Assembly: GCF_009914755.1 (NCBI RefSeq)
Contig: NC_060929.1
DNA from: the human T2T-CHM13v2.0 reference genome, Homo sapiens
Strand: one strand, 5' to 3'
Length of the DNA: 64,000 nucleotides
A model generated the notes under the pieces. That model did not search any database. It was not told the origin of the DNA and saw only the letters and a program-made list of their open reading frames with translations. The position numbers and the translations under genes are program-made. Positions 27,150 to 40,408 of this stretch are shown here, piece after piece; the first letter of the stretch is position 1; each line of letters opens with the position of its first letter.

Positions 27150-27910
27150 TTTCCAATCCTGGCTTGGCCACTTAGAGTTTATGAGTCATTGGTGACATCA
27201 ATTAGAGCTTTTGAATCTTTATCTGTTTAGCTTTATGATAGAGGTAATACCTCATCACAGTGTCAGGTGAGTTAAATACGATATTGCATGTAAAGTGCTT
27301 AGCCTGATGCCTGGTGCATAAATACTTAGTATATCTTAATCATTATTACCATTAACATTGTTCATATCATTGAACAAGCTTGTTAAAATATTTTTCTCAC
27401 TCTCCTTTGTAATATAAATGAGAAAATACAAAATATGGCCACAGATATAAGCCTCCTGTTGCCTTTATCTTTAGGGTCATTAGACGTACTTTAGAACAAT
27501 TAGATTATGTAATTTGCCCAAAGCCATGTAGAAACTGGGCAACTGTCTATTTTAATTAATCATCATGGGGAGACAGAGCTGAAAGCTAAAGGTTCTATGG
27601 AGGAATGCCATGGTGTGGGGCAGGCCAGCTGTGGCACAGAGGTCACTGGTTCCACTTGGCTAGCTAGGTAAGGACACGCACTAATCACCACCAAGAGTCA
27701 GTGAGTATTGTGAAAGGACAGCTTGGCTGGGAGACAGCTGGGTTTCAATCACATCTCAGTCACTTCTAGTTCACATTGGTCATATAACCCTCTGAGTTTT
27801 ATTCATAATTTATAAAATGAAGATGGTGACAACTGTCTGGCAGTGTTGTTGTAAATGATAAGCATCAAATGCTTAGCACTCAGTAAGTGCTCAATAAATG
27901 GTAATTATAA
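27150..27910 (-). mobile_element. Two MIR copies (about 27150-27350 and 27730-27910)
   Basis: gcatgtaaagtgcttagc and cagtaagtgctcaataaatg. Confidence 0.7.
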
Positions 27911-28167
27911 ATAAAAGCCAGAATAAATTATAATAGGTCATCTGTTGAAAATGGCTAAAGTCTTTATTGAAAAATAGCAATCCCTAAGAGTTTATTATGA
28001 ACTGCTGCAAAATCTGAGACACATAACCCCAAATTAGTGTCATGTGCTTTTTGAACCACTGTAATTATTGTTATTTACCAATCACTATTTTCATTAATGC
28101 CTCATTACTCCCAATGATATTCCCAATAATACTCCAGGGGATTTTTTTAAATTTTAAATTTGTGATT
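27862..28167 (+). repeat. Local duplication copy 1 (copy 2 at 29847-30164)
   Basis: Shared blocks such as gctgcaaaatctgagacacataaccccaaat and tattttcattaatgcctcattactcccaatga. Confidence 0.95.
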
Positions 28168-28476
28168 CATGGTTTCTTTCTAATATGAATGGTATTATGC
28201 CTCCTTTTAGTTTTAATTTGGATATAAAAATTCTGCTTTAGCCCTCTTCACTACTTCAGTCTAGTCTTTGCTGATTCCAGCAGAGAGTTACAAATTATAT
28301 TTTCACATTATATTCAAAATACTTTGCCACTCACTGATGTTTTGAAGTTGCTTGGAACGAGCACATCTTGGTTCTTAAAGCAATGTATTTGCTCAGTTCG
28401 GTGTCTTCTCTCTCGAGTAGCCTTACTTCTAAAGCCCCCAAAAGCAGCCTCTTTCTCTTTTTGGCCCTTTCTTATA

Positions 28477-29394
28477 CAAGTTGGGCATCCCCAATTCAAA
28501 AATTTGAAATCCAAAATGCTCCAAAATCTGAAACTTTTTGAACGCTGATATGATGCTGCAAGTGACATTGTTAACACTGCAGAAAATGCCTATAGACAAT
28601 ACAGTGAAAATGTGTGATGGGCTTATTGAAGGACTAGAGGAGCATGCATTCAAAACAGAACAAGAAATCAGGGCAGTTTATAAAATCAAAGAGAGAATTC
28701 TAAAACAAGAAACATTGTTAATGAGGCAGAAGAGCCTGGAGGAAACACCCAGCAGAATGCCTCCTCATCCCTTGAGGACCCACTTCCTGGTCCTCATCAG
28801 CTCCTGATGTTTCTTCTCACCTAAAATAAAATACAGTGTACAGTAATCTTTTAATCAAAACACAGCATTGCAGGTGGGGACTGCAAGCCTGGCGTTGTTT
28901 GTTGTTGCATTTGTTGAACAGCTGATGCAGGCATTCTGGTGGTGCCACTGTGCTGCTTAGTTACCCTGAACATATTAATTTTTCACTGTATGAATGTATG
29001 TCATATTTTTTGCTGTTAAGTTCTTATGTGTGAATCAGTGTATAAAAATGACTGCTTATAAGTAGCATATAAATTCAGAGTCAGGAATGATGATGCCAAA
29101 TGACCAAAGATTGTCCCCGTAGGTGGCTGAGAGAGTAACACCTTTGCTTTCTGATGGTTCAATGTACACAAACTTTGTTTCATGCACATAATTATTAAAC
29201 AATACTGTATAAAATTACCTTCAAGCTATGTGTATAAGGTATATATGAAACATAAATGAATTTCATGTTCAGATGTGGTTCCCATCCCCAAGATATCTCA
29301 TTATATATATGCAAATATTCAGAAAATCTGAACAAAATCCCAAATTCGAAACACTTTTCATCCCAAACATTTTGGATAAGGGATGCTCAACCTG
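28477..29394 (+). mobile_element. Tigger4 (Zombi) internally deleted TcMar-Tigger DNA transposon
   Basis: TIRs caagttgggcatccc and gggatgctcaacctg with TA on both sides. ORF 28538..28807 looks like a transposase C-terminal remnant. Confidence 0.88.
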
Positions 29395-29519
29395 TAATGG
29401 AGGCTTAGGAGAGCATTTGATCTACCTGCAAAGTTGTCTCTGTTAATATAATTTATTTTCATTCACAGTCTGCAAATATTTATTAGTGCCTACTAGTGCC
29501 AATCCCTGTTCTGATAGTA

Positions 29520-29755
29520 AACTGTTATGAGCATTTATATGTCACCTGGCACTGTGCCTCACTGATTTAATAGTCTCATTGATTTAACCTAATGACCTTG
29601 TGAGATAGAAACTGCTAACATCCCTATCTTAGAGAAGAGAAAACTAAAGCATATAAAAGTTAAGTAATTGGCTCAACATGCTCAGCTAGTTAGATACGAA
29701 GCCAGAAATTAACCCGGATCTGCTGATTGCTGAACCCTAAACTCTTAATCATTGT
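29520..29755 (+). mobile_element. MIR
   Basis: tatgagcatttatatg...cttgtgagatag...gagaaaactaaagc..aagttaagtaattggctc. Confidence 0.75.
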
Positions 29756-29757
29756 AC

Positions 29758-30254
29758 CAGAGTGTCTCAAAGTGAGGGCCTGAATTTGTGACCTGCTGCA
29801 TTAGAATCACTTAGGTTGACTGCTAAAATTATAGAATGCATAAGAGGCATAAAATGCTTAGTGCACAGTAAGTGCTTAATAAATGGTTAATGATAAATAA
29901 AGACCAGAGTAATTATATAAAAATTATAATAGGTCATCTACTGAAAATAGCTGAAGTCTTTATTGAAAAATAGTAATCCCTAAGAGCTTAATTATGAAAT
30001 GCTGCAAAATCTGAGACACATAACCCCAAATCAGTGTCATGGCCTTTTTGAACCATTATAATTATTGTTATTAAGTAATCAGTATTTTCATTAATGCCTC
30101 ATTACTCCCAATGACATTCCCAATAATGCTTCAGGGGATTTTTTTAAAATTTAAATTTGTGATTAAAAACTAGCCCTAGACCTACTAAGTTTGCATTTTT
30201 AGCAAATTCTGTGGAGAATTTCTGTACACAGGTTAAGAATTTTGAGAGCCACTG
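29758..30254. mobile_element. MER5-type hAT MITE interrupted by duplication copy 2
   Basis: Left cagagtgtctcaaagtg..gcattagaatcacttagg. Right agacctact..tgcatttttagcaa..tttgagagccactg. Confidence 0.7.
29847..30164 (+). repeat. Local duplication copy 2
   Basis: Collinear with 27862-28167. Confidence 0.95.
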
Positions 30255-31739
30255 ACCAGAGTTTTTGAATACCAGATCTAAGGAAATGGGTCTAAGATGG
30301 GGAAGCTTCTTCAAAGTGAAGGTGAACTTCCATGAAAGAAAGTAAATAAGGGTTCACACTAAGAATCACTTGTGAAAGATGCTCTCTAGGGCTAAAGAAA
30401 TGCTATATAATTAAAATGCGCTGACATTCTGCCTCTGCTTCCTTTCAAGGCTATAGTCACAAGGAATATGACTCCAAAACCCAGTTGTAGGCAGGGTAGT
30501 ACTGAGTCACTTTCTAAAATTTCAAAAAAACATACAGCATGCTTCCAACTCTAGAATTTCCAAATAAGAGGATTCGAAGGCAGCAATGTGGTTGGGGCAG
30601 AGGGTGGGGTGGAGGTGGGGGTGGATCTAAAAAACCCAATCATTTGGGTTGGTTTTGGAGTGGGTTAGGAGAGCTCTCCTAAGCCATTCTTTGTGCCATG
30701 ATTGTTGAGGGCTTATCTTTGATCAGACTGACTCTTCAGCCTCAGATAATGGCAGCCAGGAGGTGAATTAACTCATGTAGGACTGACATTTATAAACTTG
30801 TATAATGGAGGTGAAAGGGGGCAAATTGCAAACATGATTCCCATACAATCAATTATTTCTGTGATGAAAACACCCTCTCCTAGATGATCTATGTCATGGA
30901 CAAGTTCCCTTAGTTCTGGGGAGGCTGGGCTGGTTATTTCTCTGCTGCTCAAAAAACAGCTCTGAGCCTCTGGCCTGCTGGTGGTGAGTCACCACTGTCA
31001 GCTTTGTGCACAAAAGTTCAACTTTTCCTTTCCCATGACCATATCTTAATGTGCAGAAGAACATTATCTAAATGTAAATGCTCTATTAAAACAGAGACAA
31101 AACTGCTTCAATATTGCAGGGGAAGGAAACAGAATTCTTTTAAACAAATAGAAAAGCAAAACTCAATAAAGAAAAGTAATTCATAGACACAGAATAATCA
31201 GCAGTCTACTATTTCATGAACTTACTGTTTTGGGCCTTTCTTTTTTTTAATGTAAAATTAGTCAAAGTTTAATAACAAGGGACAAAACATGCTTTTCTGA
31301 GCACTAGTATTTCTTATTAGGTTCCTAAAAGATTGAAGAGAATATATTTTAATTGCTTGCTTAACACCAAAGCCCCTCTGATTTTTCTTCCCATATCCAT
31401 AAAGTTTTATAAGATTCCTTATTTCGGAGCCCTGCAAAGTAAAAATATTCGTCATAAAGCAGAACTGAGCTTTTTATTGCTCCTCTGCCGAATAAGAACT
31501 TCCCAAGGGAATGAACCTATAGATCTCAGGCCTCATTCCCTAGTTTCCTGCAAGGCAGACAGTTGGTCAAGCTTTGGTGGGTCTCTTCACATTGCCTCCT
31601 TCCCTGACCACCATTTACTCATTTTCTCCTTCAGCCCTTCTGCCTTGCTCTTGGTGACTTCTCAAACCCCGTCTTCTTTCAGTGGTAATCATGATGATGA
31701 TGATGTTGATGATAAGCATTGGCTAATAACAGGTCACAG

Positions 31740-31975
31740 TTGTTCTGAAAAGAGACCTGAGACCAGAGACCTGCCTGAGCTCGAAAGCTTGCCTGCAGCC
31801 AAGGACTGATGTGGGGTGTGAATGTCCAGCCCCCACGCCACAAATCAGGTAAGCCTGTGGTGTTATTCACAACCTAGAATTCTAGTAGGATTCCCTGCTT
31901 CTCCCACTTCCTCAGTAAATGGCTTGCACAAGAAAACCCATCTGAGGCTGTCTCTAGGGAAAGTGACCTAAGACA
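31740..31975 (+). mobile_element. ERVL LTR 3' remnant (LTR33/LTR16-like)
   Basis: cttgcacaagaaaacccatctgaggctgtctctagggaaagtgacctaagaca. Confidence 0.55.
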
Positions 31976-33208
31976 CTTGACCTCCTCTGTATCATGGGGC
32001 TGCTTTAAGGATAAAATAGTAAAATAAATAATAAGTAAAAAATAGCTCATATAAGTACAATTTAATAGACGTTAACAAAAGTAAAACACTTAGAACAGTG
32101 ACTGGCACATAGAAATTGCTGAATAGGTATTTGTTTTTATTAACGTTATAATGTTATTCCTTCAAATAGCTCATGAATCTGTTTGCTCCTCTCTGATCCC
32201 ACTGCCCTTGCTCCAGGCTAGACTTTCCTCATTTGTTATTTTGATGACAATAAATGTCTCCTTATCTGATCTCCCTTCCCTCTCTTCCTCTCTCTTTTCC
32301 TTCCTTCTACAAATATTTGAGTGTTTATTGTATGCCAGGCACTGTTCTACAGGTGAATTTGGGTAAGTGACCTGAGTCTCAATTTCCTTGCTTGTAAAAC
32401 AGGCTACTGTAAATCTACCACATCCTCCGGTAGTGGTGGGATGAAATGAGAATATGCACATAAAGCACTTATCTCATGCTTAGGAAACACTCTATAACCT
32501 TTTTCTTTTCATTTCTCATCTCTCCTTGCTAATCATTTCCAGGACTGAAATAGATAACAGAGATACCCAAAGGGTTCTTGTTTACTGACCATGCTCTCCA
32601 TTTGACAGATATATTCTTCTATTTAAAGGCCTTGTAATAGAGCTTTTCTACCAATGATAACCTTGTTTTCCCCAACAAAAGCACTATGTTCTTGGCATGT
32701 ATTATTGTAATATGCATGCTACAGTATAAATCTTTTCAAACCATGAGTTGATGTTAAGGGCTACGCCATGAATTTCCAGCAAGGGGTCACCTTGAGCAGG
32801 TTAGCAATCTCCTTTATGTCAAAGGCCCCACACTTCACCCCACATGTGGCCACTCCAGTTAATGAGAATACGGCCCATGATGAAAGCCTGCGTGCTGCAT
32901 GCAAGCCGAGATAGCAGGGTGAACAGAGAATAAAGCAGAGCTTGAACCCAGTTATGTAAACAGTTCTTTCCGTTTCTTGATCTTTGTGGAAAGAAGTTTT
33001 TTCATCCTGCTTCCTTCAGTTCAAGTTCAGGGGTTTCACAGTTTCCTGGGTTCCTTTTGAGGTCTGCCATAGTTTAAATGAATAAAACAGAAAAGTAAAC
33101 TTCATCCAGGACTTCTGCTGGGTTCCAGCAGAATGCAGGAGGACTGCTTGGTGCTTTTATTGTGTGTGGTTTGAAGATCAAATCTTATCTACAGTTTCTG
33201 GATACTGG

Positions 33209-33210
<2 letters not shown>

Positions 33211-33246
<36 letters not shown>

Positions 33247-33250
33247 TGTG
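33211..33250. repeat. (TG)n microsatellite
   Basis: Seen directly. Confidence 0.95.
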
Positions 33251-34369
33251 CTCACACTGAATTACTTTACATTTTCATTTTATTTTTGCATATTTTTTCC
33301 TTCCAAGTTTAGTTCACGTTTCATTCTTCACTTTGAAAAATGGCTCTATAGGAGTTTTGCTCAGTTGAAAACTTAGATTTTTTTCTGTCAAATACAAGAT
33401 GGTAACTGAAGCTTAAAATGCACTGTTTTGTTTGGTTTTAGACATGACTATTCACAGTAATTTGCTAAGACAGCACATATTTCTTTTGATTTATAGAATC
33501 CCACTTAAATGCTGTCTATCATCACAGTAATTATGGGTATTTAGATAGGCAGAAGACATATATGTTTTAACCTTGATTTCTTTCTTAATATTTGAGCTTC
33601 TAACTGGTTTTATGATCTTTCATGTGATTAGGTGGCTTAGTTGAGAAAGGAGTGCCTCCAACTGAATTAAAACATAAATATGAATACAAGATGGAATAGT
33701 TAGGAATGAATGAGGAATTGTCTTGAAACTAACAGATTTTGAAATTTATTTTTAATATTCTTACAATATTTGCTCTAAGAATCTATATTCAAAGAGATGT
33801 GAAAGAAAGTCCATACTATTTATAATAATTGTGTCTTTATAAACTTTCTGTTTCTTTCCAAGCACTAAAAGTGCTTCAGATACATTGTAGTTGCATCAAT
33901 AGAAGGAAGGGAGAGGGTCTGTTGCATGCCTAGCTTGAAAGGGGGATAAAATGAGTTAGTGATGGGGAAACTGAAACATGAATAGTTCAGCGCCAAGAGG
34001 CTGTTATATCCTTCACCAGGGTACAGAAGAAACAACTATCTGTGTATTTTTAAAATATATTTATCAAACATTTTCATGTACCTACTATGTGCAAGGCTGG
34101 GCTAGGTATGATGCAGGAAAAAAGTGATCTTTCATAGTCCCTGGTCTCAAGGGAGGTGAGATCTCCTGGTGTGACAAGGGTGCTTACACTTGTAAGAGTA
34201 TAGCTAGGGGGCAGGGGTGGGATCTGTGAGACCCCCCAGCTTCCACGCTGCATGTGCAAGCACTGGATTATAATGCAGGCTGTCACTTTTCAATCTCAGT
34301 CATCAAGTCCGTGCTTGCTGAGCCTGGATATGAGAGAGACTGGTCAGATGGAGGCTTCTCTCCGTATTC

Positions 34370-35075
34370 ACTGTTCATCCTTCCATCCATTCATTACTTC
34401 ATTTGTGCACTTAGTTAATTCTCGTTGAGCATGGTAAGAAGTCTTGTGCTGGGTGTTGAACCAAATAGGAGCTGTGCTAGGAGCTGAGAACAGAGAAGGG
34501 AACTGGAGAACACTGTGGTGCTTACATTCCGTTGGGAAAGACAGATATTTAGTAATTTCTTAACTCATTAATTGTATTTGTGATAAAGGTTTCAGAAGAG
34601 GTATAGAGTGCTAAGGGTGATCCTAATCTGATCTGCCGGAATCAGGAAAGCTTTTTAATGAAAGTAAAAGTGACTAAACTGAGGCCTATAGAAGGTAGCT
34701 GGGTGACAGAAAATTTGGGGTGCGGGGAAGGAAAAGCTCCTGGGTAGAGAAAATGGACTGTGAATGCCCTGAGGGGGTTGATAACCTAGAAATTGGGCAG
34801 TGCGCCTTCACACTAGAGGTGAGCAGAGCGGAGGCTCTGTCGACGGGCGGGCTTTAGAGAAGGAAGCGCCTGGGGTCTGCTTGTGGAAGTTTGATCTGGA
34901 TCCTGAGAGTCAGAGGAGGCCACTGAGGGATTGGAAACAGAAGAATGAACCTGATAACATTTGCATTTTAAATGTCCTCTTGGGCTGCAATGTGGAGAAT
35001 AGATTGCAGGGGCATGGATCAGGGAGGTGGTGATGGAGATGGAGAGAAGAGGCTGTGAGACGTAGACATCGGAAA
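34370..35075 (-). mobile_element. L2, degenerate
   Basis: cattcatt tail and tttgcattttaaatgtcctcttgggctgcaatgtggagaatagattgcagggg. Confidence 0.7.
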
Positions 35076-35939
35076 GATTCTTAAAATGGGGATTCAGGCA
35101 GCACTGAGGGCTGCCTTCCCCTCATTCAGCCCACTTTTAGGACAGCGTTCTTGAGCTGCCCTCAGGAGCCACTGACCCTTGGGAGGAATGCAGGGAGGTA
35201 GCACTTGTGCTTGTGTCCTCCCCAGCAAAGACGGTCTAGGACTCCCTGCACCAGTTCTACAGAGGCAGGGGCTGCCATTATTGTTGCCCATATTTCTATG
35301 TACTTTGACCCAGCTATTAAATGGACTTCCTCACAGATACCCCAAGGAGAGAGGCAAGAATAAATTCACGCATTACACAGTATAGTTACAAGCCACCATG
35401 TCTTTAGGCATGGATGCATTTTGAAGATGGTTTGATATATTCCACAGAATTGGATATATTCCATAGAATCTAAGAGTGGAATATAAAGCCAACATGTTAT
35501 AGATGCCCAGATTTGTCTGTCAAAAGGAGAAACAGAGATGTTTCTACTTCGGGTATGAGATAAAACAAAAAACCGTGTGGCATTTTCAGTCTAGCCAGTC
35601 AGAGGACTGCTGAGACCAAGTTTTACTGCCCAGTTTAGTTAAGTTTCTAATTTTGTTTTGAAATAAACTTACCATTTGGATCATCAAATTAATCAATTTG
35701 AGTAGTTATTTTGGTGCAATATGGGCACGAATACTCTTACAGCCTTAATGGCTCATGGGTTTTTCTTGGTTTAAACTACCAATGACATGATTCAAAATGG
35801 TATAGAGTAGAAGGAAAAAACTCAGGTAAATGATTAACTGACTGGCTCTGTGACTTACAAATGTGCCTTTGGATTACGGAATTGCATCCCACACTCTGAA
35901 ACTAAGGAGATATTGGAATGGTTGGGGTATATGGTATAA

Positions 35940-37400
35940 TAATAAAAATAATAGCTACTGTGTATTGAATACAGACATTGCTACATGTGCTTTCTAAGAA
36001 CCAACTTTTTCTATACACCTGATATTATAAATGCTTTTATTATAGTAATTTTGCCAAGATAAAACAAGGCTTAGAAAGAATAGGTAAATTTGCTCCAGAT
36101 CATAGCTAATAATTCTCAGGGTTAGGATTTGGCCTCAGGTCTTTCTAAGCCTAGAGTTTACATCTAAACTATTACTTGTGCCCTCTGCTTCTGTGAAAAA
36201 CAAAACAAAATCCCATGAATCATTTCTTAGTGTTACCACCAAAATTTCCTATTAGTAAAATGGGGCCAATTTCAGCTAGCAGATAATATTATTTAATTTT
36301 TTGTACCATTTTTATTATACTAGTAAATTCCTTAGGTAATGATTTTCTTTAAATTTGCGTATTTGTCTTAGGTTATCTGAAAGTTATGTAAATGTACTTG
36401 GCTTAGATCAGAACTAAAATGTCTTATAACTGTTTTTTTCCATAGTATGATAGAAACGGAGGAAACTTGGAGATGGCCTTAACCAAACTCAGAGCCTTTG
36501 ATAATCATTAACACGTGTCATAGTAATTTAAGAAATGGAGATAATTTAGAATTCCGGAGAAAAATGTCAGTATGATTGAAGATCTAAAAGACTTAAATTT
36601 CCACTGGAAAATTTAATATTATTGTTTTACCACAGACGATTCTATTATGCATAAAGAAAAATCTCACAGGAGTAAAAGAAAGAGAAAGTTGATTGACAAC
36701 TTTCCTGGAAACAAGTAGAAGGGGTGTGAGAAGAGAAAGGTTGGTATTGCAAAAGGCTTAGACTTTGGAGGCAATTTAGGTCCTGGGTCAAATCTCAAGT
36801 TTGCCACTTAAGCATCTTGAGCTTAGGAAAGTTTCCTAAACTCTCTGAGCTTTAACTTTCTCGTGTATAAACTGGGAAAACTATACCTCCATAAGGGGAC
36901 TTATGTGAGGATTTAATGAGGTAGCAATAACATTATTGCTATTTGCTGATATTTCATTATGTACCAGGCATTATTTATCTCAATTAATCATACAAGAAGA
37001 AGAATAGACAGAAAAAGTATTATCATCCTCACAGATGAGTGAACTGAAGCTTACAGAGGCTATGTTATTTGTCCAAGGTCATTTCCTTTGGGGAAAGGAG
37101 CTGCAATTCGCCTGCATCTGTTCTGATTGCCAAGGCCAGGCTCTTCAACCCTGGATGATAAACTGCTTCAGTGTCACAGTGAAAGCTGTCATTTACTAAA
37201 CATTTTGTACAAGGCCTATGCTGAATGCTTTGTGTACATTATTTCCTTTAACAGTTTGACGAGAGGTACATTATCATCCCTACTTCACAGATAAATCAAT
37301 TTTGAGGCTGGGAAACTGAAGTCATTTGCCCAAGGTTGCCATGGTAGGTGATGGAGCTGAGATCTGAATCCAGATTAGTCTAGTTTTAAAGCTATTGCAT
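35940..37400. mobile_element. MIR cluster (about 35940-36175 +, 36755-36930 -, 36940-37160 +, 37190-37400 +)
   Basis: Multiple MIR cores such as acagatgagtgaactgaagc, tttgcccaaggt and gtgaggatttaatgag. Confidence 0.75.
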
Positions 37401-37608
37401 TTGTCTTCCATGATGTCTGTCATAGAGCTGGGCCAGAGTTTACCATATTGTAGGTGGTGTTGGTGATTTTTATTGAAATGTTTTTGTTATGTCATCAACC
37501 TCCAACTCCACAGAATAGCTTGACAGTAGTTCCAGTGAAACTGAGAAGGTGAGAAAAACTCCACTGGTTATTCTGGGCCAGAGGAATCCAGGTCCATCCT
37601 TCATTTCT

Positions 37609-39624
37609 TGTTTTCTTTTTGTTTTTTTGTTTTTTTATATTTTTTAAATTTAACTTTTGTTTTAAGTTTAGGGGTACATGTGCAGGTTTGTTACATAGGT
37701 AAATATGTGTCATGGGGGTTTGTTGTTCAGATTATTTAATCACCCAGGTATTAAGCCTAGCACCCATTAGTTATTTTTCCTGATCCTTTCCCTCCTCCCA
37801 CCCCCCACCCTCTTATAGGCCCCAGTGTGTGTTGTTCCCCTCTATGAGTCCATGTGTTCTCATCATTTAGCTCCCACTTATAAGTGAGAACATGCGGTAT
37901 TTGGTTTTCTGTTCCTATGTTAGTTTGCTAAGGATAATGGCTTCCAGCTCCATACACGTCCCTGCAAAGCTCATGATCTCATTCTTTTTTATGACTGCAT
38001 AGTATTCCACGGTGTATATGTACCAAATTTTTTTAATCCAGTCTACCATAGATGGACATTTAGGTTGATTCCATGTCTTTGCTGTTGTGAGTAGTGTTGC
38101 AATGAACATGTGCATATGTCATTAGGATATAACAGGTTATATTTCTTTGTGTATATACTCAGTAATAGGATTGCCGGGCCAACTGGTGTTTCTGTTTTTA
38201 GGTCTTGGAGGAATTGCCACACTGTCTTCCACAAGGGTTGAACTAATTTACACTCCTACCAACAGTGTATAAGTGTTCCCTTGTCTCCACAACTTCGCCA
38301 GCATCTGTTATATTTTGATTTTTTTTTTTAGACGGAGTCTCGCTGTCACCCAGGCTGGAGTGCAGTGGTGCAATCTCCACTCACTGCAGGCTCCGCCCCC
38401 CGGGGTTCACGCCATTCTCCTGCCTCAGCCTCCGGAGTAGCTGGGACTACTGGCACCCGCCACCTCTCCCGGCTAATTTTTTGTATTTTTAGTAGAGGCG
38501 GGGTTTCACCCTGTTAGCCAGGATGGTCTGGATCTCCTGACCTCGCGATCCGCCCGCCTCGGCCTCAGCCTCCCAAAGTGCTGGGATTACAGGCGTGAGC
38601 CACTGTGCCCGGTCATACTCTGATTTTTAATAATAACCATAGTGACTGGTGTGAGATGGTATCTCATTGTTGTTTTGGTTTGCATTTCTCTAATTATCAG
38701 TGATGTTGAGCTTTTTTAAAATATGATTGTTGGCCACATGTATGTCTTCTTTATAGAAGTGTCTGTTCATTCCTTTTTCCCACTTCATAATGGGGTGTTT
38801 TTTGTTGTTGTTGTTCTTGTAAATTTGTTTAGGTTCCTTAAGATGCTGAATATTAGACCTTTGTCAGACGCATAGTTTGCAAAAATTTTCTCCCATTCTG
38901 TCGGTTCACTCTGTTGGTAGTTTCTTTTGCTGTGCAGAAGCTCTTTAGTTTAATTAGGTCCCATTTGTCAATTTTTGCTTTTCTTGAACTTTCTTTTGGC
39001 ACCTTCATCATGAAATTTTTGCCCATTCCTATGTCCAGAATGGTATTGCCTAGGTTGCCTTCCAGAGTTTTTATAGTTTTGGGTCACTTTAAATCTTTAG
39101 TCCATCTTGAGTTAATTTTTGTATATGGTGTAAGGAAGGGGTCCAGTTTCAATCTTCTGCATATAGCTAGCCAGTTATCCCAGCACCATTTATTGAATAG
39201 GGTGCTCTTCCCCATTGCTTGTTTTTGTCAGGTTTGTTGAAGATCAAATAGTTGTAGGTATGCAGCCTTATTTCTGGGTTCTGTATTCTGTTTCATTGGT
39301 CTATGTGTTTGCTTTTGTACCAGTACCATGCTGTTTCTACTATTGTAAAAGTTTGAAGTTGGATAGTGTGGTATAGTTTGAAGTTGGGTAGTGTGATATA
39401 GTTTGAGGTTGGGTGGTGTGATGCTTCCAGCTTTGTTTTTGGCTTTAGAATCGCCTTGGCTATTTCTGCTCTTTTTTTTTGTTTCATATGAATTTTAAAA
39501 TAGCTTTTACTAGTTCTCTGAAGAATGTCATTGGTAGTTTAATAAGAATAGCATTGAATCTGTAAATTGCTTTGGACTGTATGGCTATTTTCATGACATT
39601 GATTCTTTCTATCCAAGAGCATGG
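37609..39624 (-). mobile_element. 5'-truncated L1PA (about L1PA13) with nested Alu
   Basis: L1PA 3'UTR. ORF2 remnants (HMFIATLLTTAKTWNQPKCPS; AWYWYKSKHIDQ). Degenerate 15-bp TSD ccatccttcatttct (37594) / ccattcttcacttct (39625). Confidence 0.93.
38319..38614 (-). mobile_element. AluY variant (AluYe-like) nested in L1
   Basis: tctcgctgtc (2-bp deletion), gcaggctccgccccccggggttcacgcc, ccacctc. TSD ata(tt/ct)t(t/c)tgattttt. Confidence 0.9.
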
Positions 39625-40408
39625 CCATTCTTCACTTCTGAAACCCAAACATTCTCCTTCCATAATCTTTAGTGGCAGTCAAACTTCAGGATTAGAATAT
39701 CTGATTATAAAGGAGCATAAAATGCTCAAAAATGTTGCCAACAAAGCCTGGAATGTGTATCAATCATTTATGCATGTTATGATTCTAGGCCCTCTGGGAA
39801 AAAACAAAATAGAAGGCCTGATCCTTGCCTTGGAGAAGTTTGCATGCAACATATTTACCCTCGGCTTGGGCCTCCTTCCAAAGGATGGCTGTGTTAGAAA
39901 ATATTGTTTTCAACAGGATGACAGGATGGATGTTCTTGGGGCCAGAGTGCGGCTGATACAGCAGATACGTTTGATATATTATGTCATAAAGATGATCTTC
40001 TATTTTGCTAGCTCATTTTATGAAGTTTTCTGGGGAACTTAGGAAAGGAAAACTCCACCCTATGTCATTTGTTAAGGATAATTGTCCTCATTTGGTAACT
40101 GTGAAGTAGAAAATGTGTTGAACTGGGAGAGTGAAGACTTGGGTCTTAGCTCTAATCCGTCTCTAACCAGCTGTGGGACTTGGGACAAGTAATTTCACCT
40201 CCTTGGGCCTCAGTTTTGTTAACGTCAAAACGAAGCGATGACCTGAATGACTTCTAAAGTTATTTTCAGAACTAATGAGAAACTTGAACTTGCTTCTTTC
40301 TTCCGTGAAGAGGCTCTTCCTGTCATTCATGTGAAGTTGAATCCTTGCTATGAGTTAAAATGTGCACATAGCCTGAATCTCCTTCTTTTTGATTCCCTCC
40401 TGCCCAAG

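Noticed and set aside
31333-31809. Longest ORF (158 aa)
   Set aside because: Non-ATG start, runs through a (GAT)n tract into an LTR remnant, and has no recognisable domain.
39572-40042. 156-aa ORF
   Set aside because: Begins antisense within L1 with a non-ATG start and shows no family resemblance.
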